Assembly (NCBI RefSeq): GCF_001447785.1
Contig: NW_015167593.1
Span: 186,001 to 250,000 of the forward strand
Length of the DNA: 64,000 nt
Origin: Gekko japonicus
Taxonomy: Eukaryota
Direction: 5' to 3'
Part shown: positions 11,103 to 23,160 of the stretch, one piece after another
Position numbering within the stretch: the stretch's first letter is position 1
Layout: every line of letters begins with the position of its first letter
Position numbers and translations under genes: made by a program
Notes under the pieces: generated by a model
Databases searched by the model: none
What the model was told of the DNA's origin: nothing
What the model saw: the letters and a program-made list of their open reading frames with translations, nothing else

Positions 11103-11935
11103 CTGCATGTGAAAAAGGAACCAACAGCCACATTTACTTAAGACTCTGAAAAGGGTCATGTCTCTTTCCAAGCCTGGAAGGGCTCCACTGTTCAAAGTGA
11201 CAAAGAGTGTAACAAGGGGTGAAACAATCTCATCTAGGAGAACTTGAAGGTTCCCTGGATGAAGCACAAGGTAGGCACTTTCCTCTCTGTCCATAATTTG
11301 ATACCCTCTTGTTAACTGAAGCCCTAGAAAAGTAACAACATTCTGAATGAAGATTATGTCCACAGCATCTGAACATCAGTGCCCCACCCTTCTTCCAAGG
11401 ACTTCAGGGTGGCATACATTCACTGCCACAGGAGGTGGTGGCAGCTACAAGCATGGACGGCTTCAAGAGGGAATTAGATAAACATATGGAGCAGAAATCC
11501 ATTAGTGGCTATTAGCCACAAGGTATAGATAGGAACTCACAGGCTGGGGCAGGTGATGGACCCTTAATTCATTTTCTGGAAAGAATGCAGTAGAAATGAT
11601 ATGTAATATGAGTCACATTCTTCTTATGTCTTGGGCCCTGCTTCTACATAGGATTACATGGACATCAAAGGAGGAAGTAAAATTTTGAATAACCAGGTAT
11701 TTCACTGTCTATTCTATTTATTTTTTAAAATAAAAGATGATTGCAAGATTTAAAAGCATGGTTTCTAACTCTGGTTTGCTGGCCAGTCACAAACCATAGT
11801 TTGTCAGTCAAGACAGCACCACAAACCGTGGTTCCTTAACTGAGCTTACCGGTATACCTGTTACATCTCATACAGACACATGCTAAAGAGGAAGCAAATT
11901 CTCAGAGGGAAAGAACACCGGAAATCTTCAAAACT

Positions 11936-12000
11936 GATTGTTCCACAAGGTGACTTTGATTGTTCCACAAGGTGACTTTGATTGTTCCACAAGGTGACTC
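11936..12000. repeat. Tandem repeat, 22-bp unit x3
   Basis: TGATTGTTCCACAAGGTGACTT repeated three times. Confidence 0.9.
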
Positions 12001-12585
12001 CACAAGTGAAGCAAGTTCAGAATCTTGCATGTGGACGGTCACATCCCCAAATCACAGAAAACAATTTTTAAAAGGCAACTGGAAAGTCACACAAAATGCT
12101 AAGAATCAACTTTAACTTTCGTTTCATTCACACTATCCCGACTATAGGCACAACTGAAACACAAAGTTCATGTCTGCTGAAGGAACAGACAGCCCAGATA
12201 CAAGCATCTTCTCTTTTCTCAAAGGTTTCGTGAAAAGGAAGAGAATAAATAGCAAATATGCTTCCCCTCATTTCTTGCACAACAAGCAACTGTGCAAACT
12301 GAGCTCATGCCCACACTATGCTGCCCCCCCGCCTTCATTCATCCTTGAAGAAAACACTGATGTGACCACCCCACACTCTGTCTAAGCCAGGGATTCGAAT
12401 GAGGTAATTCCTTCCTGCAACTCTGGAGAGAGAATTAGAAATGGAGAGAGAGAATATTATCAGCAGTGCCTTTGGTCAAGTGCAGGAAAACACTTTGGTG
12501 CACACAACAGCAACCAGCACCCCCACCAAGCACAACAGTGAGTTTGTCTTAAGAAATGCCACCGCTAGCACAGCACACGACTCAC

Positions 12586-12600
12586 ATGAAAAGGCTGCTG
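12586..12600 (-). other. Candidate 15-nt in-frame microexon in EDC4 intron 1
   Basis: CCTGCAG|CAGCAGCCTTTTCAT|GTGAGTC with a 119-nt AG-free pyrimidine-rich zone upstream (12603-12721); no transcript evidence. Confidence 0.45.
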
Positions 12601-15600
12601 CTGCAGGCACCATGGAAACCACGGTATTAAAGAACAGAGATGGACAAAAGGGGAGGGAGGCAGACAGAAGACAGGCAGAGAAATCCAGAGGAAAACCCAG
12701 ACAGTTTGGCCCCCAGCATTTCTTCAGAGAGGTTTTCTTGGTGACTACAGTACAGGCATTTTTAGGCACCTTTCCTCTTAGAGAAATAAATACAGTCAAG
12801 CTTTTCAAAGCTATTGCCTCCAGACATCTAACATCCAATATTCCAGAGTTTAAGGCTTCCTGCTGATTTGCAATTAATCGGTTTAAAAATAATTTTAAAA
12901 CATGGTAATCCACTTTGAATATTATTACTCAACAAGAAGGACACAATGTTTAGAACAATTAATAGAGTATGTGCAGCTATTTTTATACCAGCTGCAAATG
13001 ACAGCAAGAGAGTCTTACAACTCAATCCAAACCAGAATTACACCTTTCTAAATCTGCTGTCTTCAATGGACTGAAAACAGCATAACTCTACTTAGGTTTG
13101 CATAGTTAAGCACCAGTGGGTCTTGGCTATGGTTTAGTCTAACAGCGACAGATTCCAAAGGCAGAAATACTGCTGTTTTGGCCTCCAAAAAGAGATATCA
13201 AAAGCAGGTACACTGTACCATGGATGTGGGGTAGAATATTTTCTTGTGCTATATTTTTAATGGAAAAATTCTGGCCCCACATATGTAAACCTATTCTATC
13301 TAGAGTTGTTGGTGCTGTTGTGCTGCAAATCAATCATGTCAGATCAGCTAAATATGGGATTTGTTGTTGCTGTTCAGTCGCACAGTCGAGTACGACTCTT
13401 TGTGACCCCATGGACCGCATGAAAACCCCCAATGATTCTACATGGTACAGTTTTGTAGATGGTGTATTTGCCTTCTTTTATCATTATTTAAATTGGAATT
13501 GGAAATTTTTCCAATTCAAATATTCCCAGAGAACCCACATCACTACTCTGTACTATTCAAGAACATGGACTCCTTTGCCAATAATTTACCCAAAAGGTAG
13601 ATGACCCTGAAAATTAGATGACCTCCCCTTAAAAATGTGTACAAAAAAGGTTTTTAAAATTACTATACAAATTTGTATGCAAATATAAGATTACCTCCCC
13701 CCTTTTGACAGCATAGCTGGGGGTGGTGGTAGAACCTAGTCTTCCTTTGGGGTCAAATACAGTAACGCGTCCACTCTTAGTTAAAGATGAACCTAAAGAA
13801 GTTAAAGATGAACTCTCATTCTCTCTAGAATAGAGAGTCTGGGGCAAAACTCCCCCTCCCCTTCCAAGGGCTTTCTGTCCATTTTTCCAATGGAAAAACG
13901 GGAAAATACGGAGCATAAAAAACTTCCTATGAAATATTTTCTCTTTTAGAATGATTAAAATGCTTAAGGCAAGGTTTTTCACACTCAAGATGTGTAACAC
14001 TGAAAAGTCAAAATGCTTTCTCAATCTTTCCAATGAAAAAATTGGAAAATTTGGGGGAGCACTTAAAAAATTATACTTTAGTCATACAAGTATTTTCAAG
14101 ATTTTGTTTTTATGAAAATAACTGTGGCAACAATTAATGTACTATAACGTGTTTAAGAATAATACATTATTAAACAGTTGCATTTTCAATGTTTAAAAGT
14201 TTAGCTTAATATCCAAACGTGCTGGCAGTACTTCTATTGTAACTCTATGAGAAAGTTTCTTTCAAACAATACATTTTCTTTTCTTTACAACATAATTTGT
14301 TTTCTGCTTTTGACTTATTATTTTTTCCTACCTCTCAGATGGTAAAAATTAAAGATACATGTGCTATGGTAACATAGGGTACAACAGTTTTCAACTCCTT
14401 CTCAGGTATTGGGCATACTTGCAATTCTTATAGAAATTGGAGATATTTACACTTTTAATTTCCCTATGTATGCCAAATAGTACAATCTTATATGCTAAGT
14501 TGTGAATGATGCTTTTTATGTTATCACTAAAATAAGTTTAGGTCTGACAAGTATAATGCATATATTTCAGTTTTTCTCCACATTTTCCATTTTTTTCTGT
14601 TGGGGCCCCCAAAAAATAGTCACCAAAGCAGCTAGTGGTGACAAGCATACTTCACCCCAAGTTTTTTCAAGAAGCCACTGACAACACAGAAAAACTGCAC
14701 CACTGTTATAGAACAGCCTGGTTAACGTCTTGTACTACGATGCTGCATCAGTGTCACAGGTTGGAGGGAACTACTAGAAAGAAGACCTCACATTCCTCCT
14801 TACTTGGCAGTGGGAAGAAAAGGGACACACCTGCCTCCGTAGATCAGGAAACAAGAAAGCTGAGTCTCAATGGCTAACGAAATGCAACAGTGGATTACCA
14901 AGAGCCAGCAAAATGTGTGGCTCTCTGGAAAATGACATAGTCTAGCGGCTAAGGTGGAAAACTAGCTTTTAAGAGGAATAGAAAGTTACATTTGGGGGAA
15001 AACCCTAAGCAAATAAATTCTGCTTCTGTATAGATTTGTGGACAACAAAATGAGAGCTAGAGTAGCAAACAGTGTTGGACTAGGATTTCAAAGATCCAGT
15101 TCAAATATCCACTCTCAGCCTAACCTACCTCACAGGGCTGTTGCAAGGACAAAATGAAGGAAAGGAGAATAATATAAGCAACTTTGGGTTACCACTGGGG
15201 AAAAACACACGGCATAAATTAAGTGATTAAATAAATATGCAAGCACAAAATACAGTTAATTTTAGGTCTGTTTAGTCCTCCTTCTGGCCTGTCAACTAAC
15301 AAGTATATAAAAATTAGAATGGTAACTGGATTTGACACAAGGAGGAACAGGACTACAGAAGAAAAACAATGAAAAATGCATCAAGGAAGGGCTAAATCAA
15401 AGCGTAGTTTTCTTACAGTGCTAGAAAGCCATGCTGAATCTCAGGCTCATTGCCAGTTTGGCTAGCCAGACACCACCCTAGAGCAGCTTGTGTTCCAAAA
15501 AGCTCTAAACTTTGCTAGCATCACCAGACACATGGCTCCACTGTCTGTCTCGCAGTCTTTAATTGCTGCTGAAACACTGCTTAAAAAACCAACAGGTCCA

Positions 15601-15949
15601 AAATCAAACCAGTTGTCTGCCACATTTAAAGGATGAAGCAGGAAAGTATCAGTAAAAGATCGGGGGTGGGGGTGAGAAGATACAGATGCCCCAATGACAC
15701 TGGAGAACAAGGCAGCCATGTAAAGGGCAAAAGTGTGTGTGGGGGGGGAATGGGGTGTGTGCACACATACACACACTTTTTATTCAAACAGACTTTTTCA
15801 TTTGCTTGGCTAAAACTCACAGCTGGGTCTTATCAATGCAATGGGATCCCAAAGCAGCTTATAACGTTATTCTCCCTTCCTCAGTTTTACCCTCACAGCG
15901 ACAATCCCCTGAGCTAGTCCTGGTTGAGAGTGATTGCCCCAAGTCACCC

Positions 15950-16800
15950 AAGCGAGCTTGCAGAGCGGCGATTCGAACTCGAGTCTCCGCGGTCCCAAGC
16001 CCAACTCTCTACCCGCACCGCACGCTTCTTCGGAATACGGAATTGAGTGAAGTATAGCCCCAAGAGATCACAACGGTCCTATGCAACAAGACGCTCCGTT
16101 CGCCTCCTCGGAGACAAGCCCCACTGCGTAAGAGCGGCAGGAGGCTCCCTCCCAAGAAACGAGCGCGCAGGGCTGCAGCGGAACAAGCCAACCCTCCGAG
16201 GATTTATTCGCACTGCAATGGGGGCTTACTCCAGAGTAAGCAGGGCTGCAATTCGAGCTCCAGCCGCAGCAGCAGCCCTCGGGAGTCGCCCTGACTGCCG
16301 ACGACACCCCCACGCGCCAGCCGACCGGGCCTGCCCCCACGGCCGCGTGCCAGGAGGAAAGCGGGGTGCCTCGGCTCAGGACGCTCACTCGCTCGCTCCC
16401 CGGTCCCAGAGCAGGAGGCCGGAGGCAAGCAATGTTGCCGAGCTCCCCGCAGGGTCCCAGTCCGTCCGCACGTCTCTCACCGCCCGGCCGGTCCAGCTTG
16501 AGGATGTCTCGCAGGTGCTGAGTCGCGTCCTCGATGTCGATACTAGCGGAGGCCATTGGAGCGCCACCCAGGACGCCTCCGCCGTCACCAGCGCAGCCGC
16601 CACCCGGACAGGCCAAGCCCTAACTAGCCGCCCCTACTTCCGTTTCCGGTCCGGTTCCCTCCGTCCTCCTCTGTGGAAACCGCTGCTGCGTCGCTGCCGT
16701 TCCGCTTTCCTCGGAAGAAAAATGCGAGGCTCGGGAAATAAAACGGGGGAAGAGGCTAAAAGAAAAGAGGCGAGCGTTCTTCGTCTTTTAAAGGGGCTGC
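15950..16800 (-). promoter_or_regulatory. EDC4 CpG-island promoter with ETS-like motifs (CTTCCG / TTCCGG at ~16636-16655)
   Basis: CpG-rich stretch spanning exon 1; no TATA seen; boundaries approximate. Confidence 0.75.
16481..16556 (-). CDS. EDC4: EDC4 coding exon 1 (76 nt; enhancer of mRNA decapping 4, P-body scaffold)
   Basis: MASASIDIEDATQHLRDILKLDRPG, the characteristic EDC4 N-terminus; donor G|GTGAG; all 12 exons join in frame. Confidence 0.96.
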
Positions 16801-17023
16801 TGGTCTTTGGGAACTGGAAATTAGGCTCGGGAAGCGTGGGAGGTGGGCTGTTTGCAAAAAAAAAAAAAAAAAAAAGTGTCTGTCCAGCTGCGAGGTTTTG
16901 TCAAGAACTGATCCTTCTGGCTTTTGTTTTGAAGCAGAGTGTCAACAAAACAGAAAGGGGATGGGTTGGACGTGGCTGCTGTGCGGCAAAAAAACAAACC
17001 AGCCCGGCATGCAGGGGAACACA

Positions 17024-18820
17024 GGCTATGGCAGGCTATGGCAAATAAAATGCAAGTCTCTGGTCAGGCAGGCAAAAAGGGAATATGAGGAGCATATAGC
17101 AAAAAACGTAAAAACCAACAATAAAACTTTCTTCAAATACATTAGAAGCAGGAAACCAGCCAGGGAGGCAGTGGGGCCCTTGGATGACCAAGGGGTAAAA
17201 GGAGTACTGAAGGATGATAGGGAAATGGCTGAGAAGCTAAATGCATTTTTTGCCTCCGTCTTTACTATGGAAGATGAGAGGTGCTTGCCCACTCCAGAGC
17301 CGCTGAGTTCGGGAGGGGTGTTGAAAGACCTGAGTCAGATTGAGGTGACGAGAGAGGAGGTCCTAAAACTGATAGACAACTTAAAAACTGATAAATCACC
17401 AGGCCCAGATGGCATACATCCAAGAGTTCTGAAAGAACTCAATTGTGAACTTGTGGATCTCCTGACAAAAATATGTAATCTCTCCTTAAAATCAGCCTCC
17501 ATTCCTGAGGACTGGAAGGTAGCTAATGTCACTCCCATCTTTAAAAAGGGTTCCAGAGGAGATCCGGGAAATTACAGGCCAGTCAGTCTGACGTCGATAC
17601 CGGGTAAATTGGTGGAAACCATTATTAAGGAAAGAATTAGTAGGCACATAGATGAACAAAACCTATTGAGGCAGACTCAACATGGGTTCTGTAAGGGAAG
17701 ATCTTGTCTCACTAACCTGTTAATGTTCTTTGAGGGGGTGAACAAACATGTGGACAAGGGGGATCCAATAGATNNNNNNNNNNNNNNNNNNNNNNNNNNN
17801 NNNNNNNNNNNNNNNNNNNNNNNNNNNNNNNNNNNNNNNNNNNNNNNNNNNNNNNNNNNNNNNNNNNNNNNNNNNNNNNNNNNNNNNNNNNNNNNNNNNN
17901 NNNNNNNNNNNNNNNNNNNNNNNNNNNNNNNNNNNNNNNNNNNNNNNNNNNNNNNNNNNNNNNNNNNNNNNNNNNNNNNNNNNNNNNNNNNNNNNNNNNN
18001 NNNNNNNNNNNNNNNNNNNNNNNNNNNNNAGACAGATCAAGAGAGAGATCTTGAGTTGTAGTAGATAACTCACTGAAAATGTCGAGACAGTGTGTGACTG
18101 CAATAAAGAAGGCCAATGCTATGCTGGAGATTATTAGGAAGGGTATTGAAAACAGATCAGCCAATATCATAATGCCCCTATATAAATCAATGGTGCGACC
18201 TCATTTGGAATACCGTGTGCAGTTCTGGTCACCACACCTTAAAAAGGATATTATAGCTTTGGAAAAAGTGCAGAAAAGGGCAACTCGAATGATAAAAGGG
18301 TTGGAACACTTTCCCTATGAGGAAAGGTTAAAGTGCTTAGGGCTCTTTAGCTTGGAGAAACGACGACTGAGGGGTGACATGATTGAGGTTTATAAGATTA
18401 TGCATGGGAAAGCACAGGTAGAGAAAGAGGTACTTTTCTCCCTTTCTCACAATACAAGAACTCTGAGCGGTCGGGTTAGAATGGATAAAAGGAAGTACTT
18501 CTTCACCCAAAGAGTGATTAACACATGGAATTCACTGCCACAGGAAGTGGTGGCAGCTACAAGCATGGACGGCTTCAAAGGGGAATTAGATAAGCATATG
18601 GAGCAGAGGTCCATCAGTGGCTATTAGCCACAAGGTATAGATAGGGACCCTGGGGCAAGTGATGCTCTTGGTGCTTGGGGGGGTCAACAGTGGGAGGGCT
18701 TCTAATGTCCTGGCCCCACTGGTGGACCTCCTGATGGCACTGGTATTTCTGGCCACTGTGTGATAGTGTTGGACTGGATGGGCCTTTGGCCCGATCCAAC
18801 ATTGGCGTCTCTTATGTTCT
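17024..18820 (+). mobile_element. CR1 LINE, 5'-truncated (ORF2 RT region and 3' UTR)
   Basis: KSPGPDGIHPRVLKEL, GNYRPVSLTS, QHGFCKGRSCLTNL, LEKVQKRATRMIKGLE; possible TSD GAACACA; N gap 17774-18028. Confidence 0.92.
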
Positions 18821-19813
18821 GAACACAAAAATGGACATTTCTTTACTTAAGTTACTGAATTGCACAGCCAACATATGCCATGATAGGCACTATGTTCGAT
18901 AGCTTTTATAAAAAGATTTAGACAGGTTCATAAAGGAGAGGTCCGTCAGTTCCTACCAGCAAAGACAAAAAGGAACCTCTAAATACCTGAGATGGGAAAC
19001 AACATAAAGCCCTTGGCCTCTGTTCCGTTTCCTGGCCCTCCTGGCAGGCCCGAAGCTACAGTGGGGCCTTTCGGGGCCTCCCCCCCCCCAACTTCCTACC
19101 AAGGCCTCACAACTTCCATCTAGCTCAGCCCCCCCCTCGCTGCCGCTACCCCTTCCCCAAGCGTGGCTTGCTTCCACAACTGACGTCAGTGCTCCCCAAC
19201 TTATTTAAAGCCCGCCCCCCAAATTACAAAATCCTGGCTATGGGCCTGCCTCCTGGGCATCTGGCCATGGTATGAAACAGGATGATAGACCAGTTGGACC
19301 ACCAATCTGATCCGGCAGGGTACCTCCTACATTCCCCCCATCAGTGTTTCTCTGTGGTAAGATTTTGGCCCAGCAAGAGCCTTTAAAGCAGGGGACTTCA
19401 GCTATTTCGCAGAGCATTAGTGATCACCTGCAGAACCACAAACCTCTATAGTTCCTCCCGGGGGGGGGGGTGTTTTGGGTTTTTTGGGGGGAAGATCTGC
19501 ATGAGCCTAGAGAGCAAGGGAACCACAGCTCGTGCCTCTTTTCACACACACACTGCATGCCCAAGTACAAATTCTAAAGACCTCACATTGTTTATGGATC
19601 CACTGCTAGAACTTTCAACCAGACACGAGTTGTGAGTTCCCTACTGAAAGCTCAGATCTCAGGAGTGCTGGGGTCCAATTCAGACCAGGAGCATGGTATG
19701 TGGGGGCAGGCAGCCTATGCCTTGTCGCATCACATTTTCCCTATGTGAAACACACTACGGGGGTGCTCTTTGCCCCATTAGGGAAGCATGAGTATAGTGC
19801 GTTAGTACACATA

Positions 19814-19940
19814 GGCCACAGTCACACACTAAATAATCCACCTTCAGTGCACATTTGAACTGGATTTTAGTGTGTGAACTGGCAAAATCAAGTTTGAAAG
19901 TGCATTGAAAGTGGATTATTTAGTGTGTATGACCACAGCC
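19814..19940. mobile_element. Palindromic PIF/Harbinger-like MITE
   Basis: Ends GGCCACAGTCACACACTAAATAATCCAC / GTGGATTATTTAGTGTGTATGACCACAGCC; 3-bp ATA flanks; related sequence ~46905-47045. Confidence 0.65.
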
Positions 19941-21318
19941 ATAGGGGATAAGTAACATAACCCATGCAATTTTAGGTCAGGAAAGCTGCAGCGGGGATGC
20001 CTAGCCCCCCTATTCTATCTAACACACCCCAAGTATGAATTAGGCCTCCCCATGCCAGGGAATGTAGTTCCAATGCGGGACTTTGCAACTCACATCTTGA
20101 GAGTCCTCGTGTCAGAGCTAGAGATGGCCTGAAGACTCTATGCCACTCAGGCCCAAGAAGAGCAGCAGGACCACAAGGCAAGGACAGGACTTCTCCATGG
20201 CTCTGACACTTGGCTTGTTCCTCATTACATACACCTGGTATTGTTTGGGTTTCCTACCTTGTCCTGCTACCCATAACTATAGTTTTGCCACTGGTGAGAT
20301 CATACTTCTGACACTCTCCTTTTCTGTTACATGATTTCCCAACCATATACTTGCACCTCAGTGGATTGGATGCTGCTGCCAGTGTATGTGAAAGGGGGGT
20401 CCTAGGTCTGGGAAGATGCAAGATAGTGTGAGGAAGGGAGCAGTGAACATTTATGAAGTTCTATACCAACATTCTACTTTGGCTGGTAGCAGCTCTCAAA
20501 GGTCAAGCACAGAAAGATGTTTCCCAAGCCTGAGATGCTTCTGCATATAAAGTCTGCATTATGCTACTGTTCTACAGTAGCAGCCACAAGCCCTGCAGGA
20601 AAACATGCTTTTGTTTGCTTTGCTATCCTAATCAATACCAGACTTTCTTCTTCAGGACAGAAAGGGAGGCTCTTTGCACAGCAATGAACACACAAAAAAG
20701 GAGGGGAACCAGCGTACCAGAAAAGGTGCAAAACACAAGAGACCGCTGGCTGAAATCACTTGAAGTGAACAATATATATATACCTAGGTTTCATCCAGTT
20801 ATACTGATAGTGAACTCTGCATTTAATATTATTTGTGTGTGTGTGTATACACACACACACACACACACAAATTGTTTACTTCAAGTAATTTCAGCCAGCG
20901 GTCTCTTGTGTTTTGCATCAGCAATGAATACAAGCAAAATCTACATATACAGTTTCTCCATTTACTTGTTTAACATTTCTCATTGGCTGTTCTTGCGAGG
21001 GCTGGTAATTGCTACAAGAGTTTAATGCCATGCTACTGCATGGGAAAGTAAAACATGGAGAATACGCTTTGCATGTACCCACTGCTCAACTTATGACATC
21101 CCCAGTTAACAGTGAGCTCAGGTAGCAAACCATGGAAAGACCTCTGCCTGAGACCTCAGAGAAACTGCTGCCTTTCCAAGTGAACTACAGGGTTGAGGGG
21201 AACTTTATATCCACAGACAAATTCAGGGTACAAGCTCTGGACTGGAATGATTACTTTTGTAACACAAAAAGCACCTCTCAATTTCACGGTGTCCCTCTTG
21301 GCTTAAATCCACTTCAGC

Positions 21319-21871
21319 TGTCCCATATGTGGTGGGAATGCCCAGAGGTCAGAGTTTTCTGGACAATGATATTACAAATTATAAAAAAGACGTGTAAAGT
21401 ACCATTACCCATTGACTTTAATTTAATGCTAATGGGTATAGTAGGTAACCCAGCAATAAGCAAAGAGAACCAAGCTTTGTTTAAAGCCATGATACTAGCA
21501 AGTAAAGCAGTAATAGCTCTAGGCTGGAAGAACAAAAATAAATGGACAGTAGAAATCTGGCATAATTATTTGTTTGATCTCATACAGTCCGACATAATCG
21601 AAAAGCTGGAACGTAAGGCCACATGGGAAGATAAGACTACGGGGATCACGATGAAGTGGAAGACTTACCTGGAATGGATACCTACAGAAGGAAGAAAAGA
21701 CATTCAGAGCAAGATTCGGACTTTGTGCCCGTGACTGGGAATATAGGACTAAAACACCGGGATAGCATAGGGGGGAGGGGGGAGGGATAAAAACTACTAT
21801 GTAATGCATGGTCAAAAGATAGTATGTAAAATTTGTGAAAAATATTAAAAATAAATATATATATTTTTTAA
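21319..21871 (+). mobile_element. L1-clade LINE 3' fragment (ORF2 C-terminus)
   Basis: HMWWECPEVRVFW..ASKAVIALGWK motif; AATAAA and A-rich tail; 14-bp TSD AAATCCACTTCAGC. Confidence 0.85.
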
Positions 21872-22460
21872 AAATCCACTTCAGCCGTGTGCTGGTCTTG
21901 AAGCCCTTGCAAATTGATGTAACTTCGGGTTCACATTGTACAACATGGGATGCCTACACAATTACACACTATTTATTATCCAAGTCTGACATTTTGCAGC
22001 ATACATAACTGAGGAATAAGCCTAAGCAATTAGAGGCAGGGGAAGTCAAGTTGAAATAGGCAAGGTTAAGACTAGAAAATAACAGCTTCCTCTGTCTCGT
22101 AGCAGGACACACGCATCAATTACCAGACAGTGCACTTTCCTTCAGTAGGTATGCAATACTGTATTCTGAAGGGACACACTATGTATCGTGGTTATGACTG
22201 GATAAAGTCTCACTATTTTACTAGAGCAGACTCTTTCCAGGAGTCTTATTATCATCAAATTGATTTATATCCCGCCCTCCCTGCAAACGGGCTCAGGGTG
22301 GGTCACAACAATATAAAGTTTCAATAAAGAAAAAACCATCACAGCAGTAGTGATAGTTACATACAGTACTGCCCAAACTCCTTTTGTCGCAGGAAGTGGC
22401 ATGAAGAACCAGTGGCTACCAGCAAGAAGGATTAAACAGATAATTTAAAGAGACAAATAC

Positions 22461-23160
22461 AGGCTGTGGTCACACGGAGCATTAGCCACGCTGCATAGAC
22501 GGAAGATAGGCGGACTTTCCGGGCGCGATCTCACCGCAACATCTGGGGAGCGTAGAGCTCCCGTGGCTGACCTGTAACTACCCTCTGAAGACGCGCAGTA
22601 AAAAACTAGTACCTCGGAGGTACTAGTTTCCGGGAACCACGCGGCAAGAGCGGGCACCTGATCGCATCCCTGCCGGACTCCCGTGGCATCGGGCGCCCGC
22701 CGGGTTATCCCCCCCCCAATGCCTCCAGAAGGCGCCCAACAGCGCATGCGTACAAAGACGTGCGGCGTCGTTGGAGTAGCGGGAAGGCCACGGGAGGCTG
22801 CGATGGGGGTGAGCAGCAGCGGCCAGACGGAGAGCGGGCCGTGTGTCCCGGGGAGGGAGGGCGGGCGGGCTGCTGGGGGAGGGGGGATCTGGCGGGTTAC
22901 TCCCCCCTCCCCCCCATTGTGAGCGGCCCACGGACCCTGCCTGGAGTGGGCTGTGCACGGCCCTCCCAGAGGCAGTGGCTCGTTCCGTCCCCTTCCCATC
23001 GGCCGGATGGTCTCGGTGGAGGTGCGGATACTCTGTGATCGGCACCTCCACCCTAACCATGGCACCTCGCCGGGACATCTGATCCCGCAGCAGAGCGGTA
23101 TTTTGCCCCGGGGCAAACAGCCACGCTTCCCCTCTGCATTTTCCTGGCCGTATGGCCCAG
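22461..23160. mobile_element. CpG-rich repeat, Harbinger-like (related to 56742-57092)
   Basis: Shared GTCACACGG..TCCGGGCGCGATC..CAACATCTGGG..TACCTC..TACTAGT blocks; right boundary uncertain. Confidence 0.55.

Noticed and set aside
11936-12000. CRISPR-like repeat
   Set aside because: Head-to-tail tandem with no spacers, in vertebrate intronic DNA.
16047-17048. 333-aa plus-strand ORF across the EDC4 promoter
   Set aside because: Stop-poor GC-rich island running through a poly-A tract; low-complexity product.
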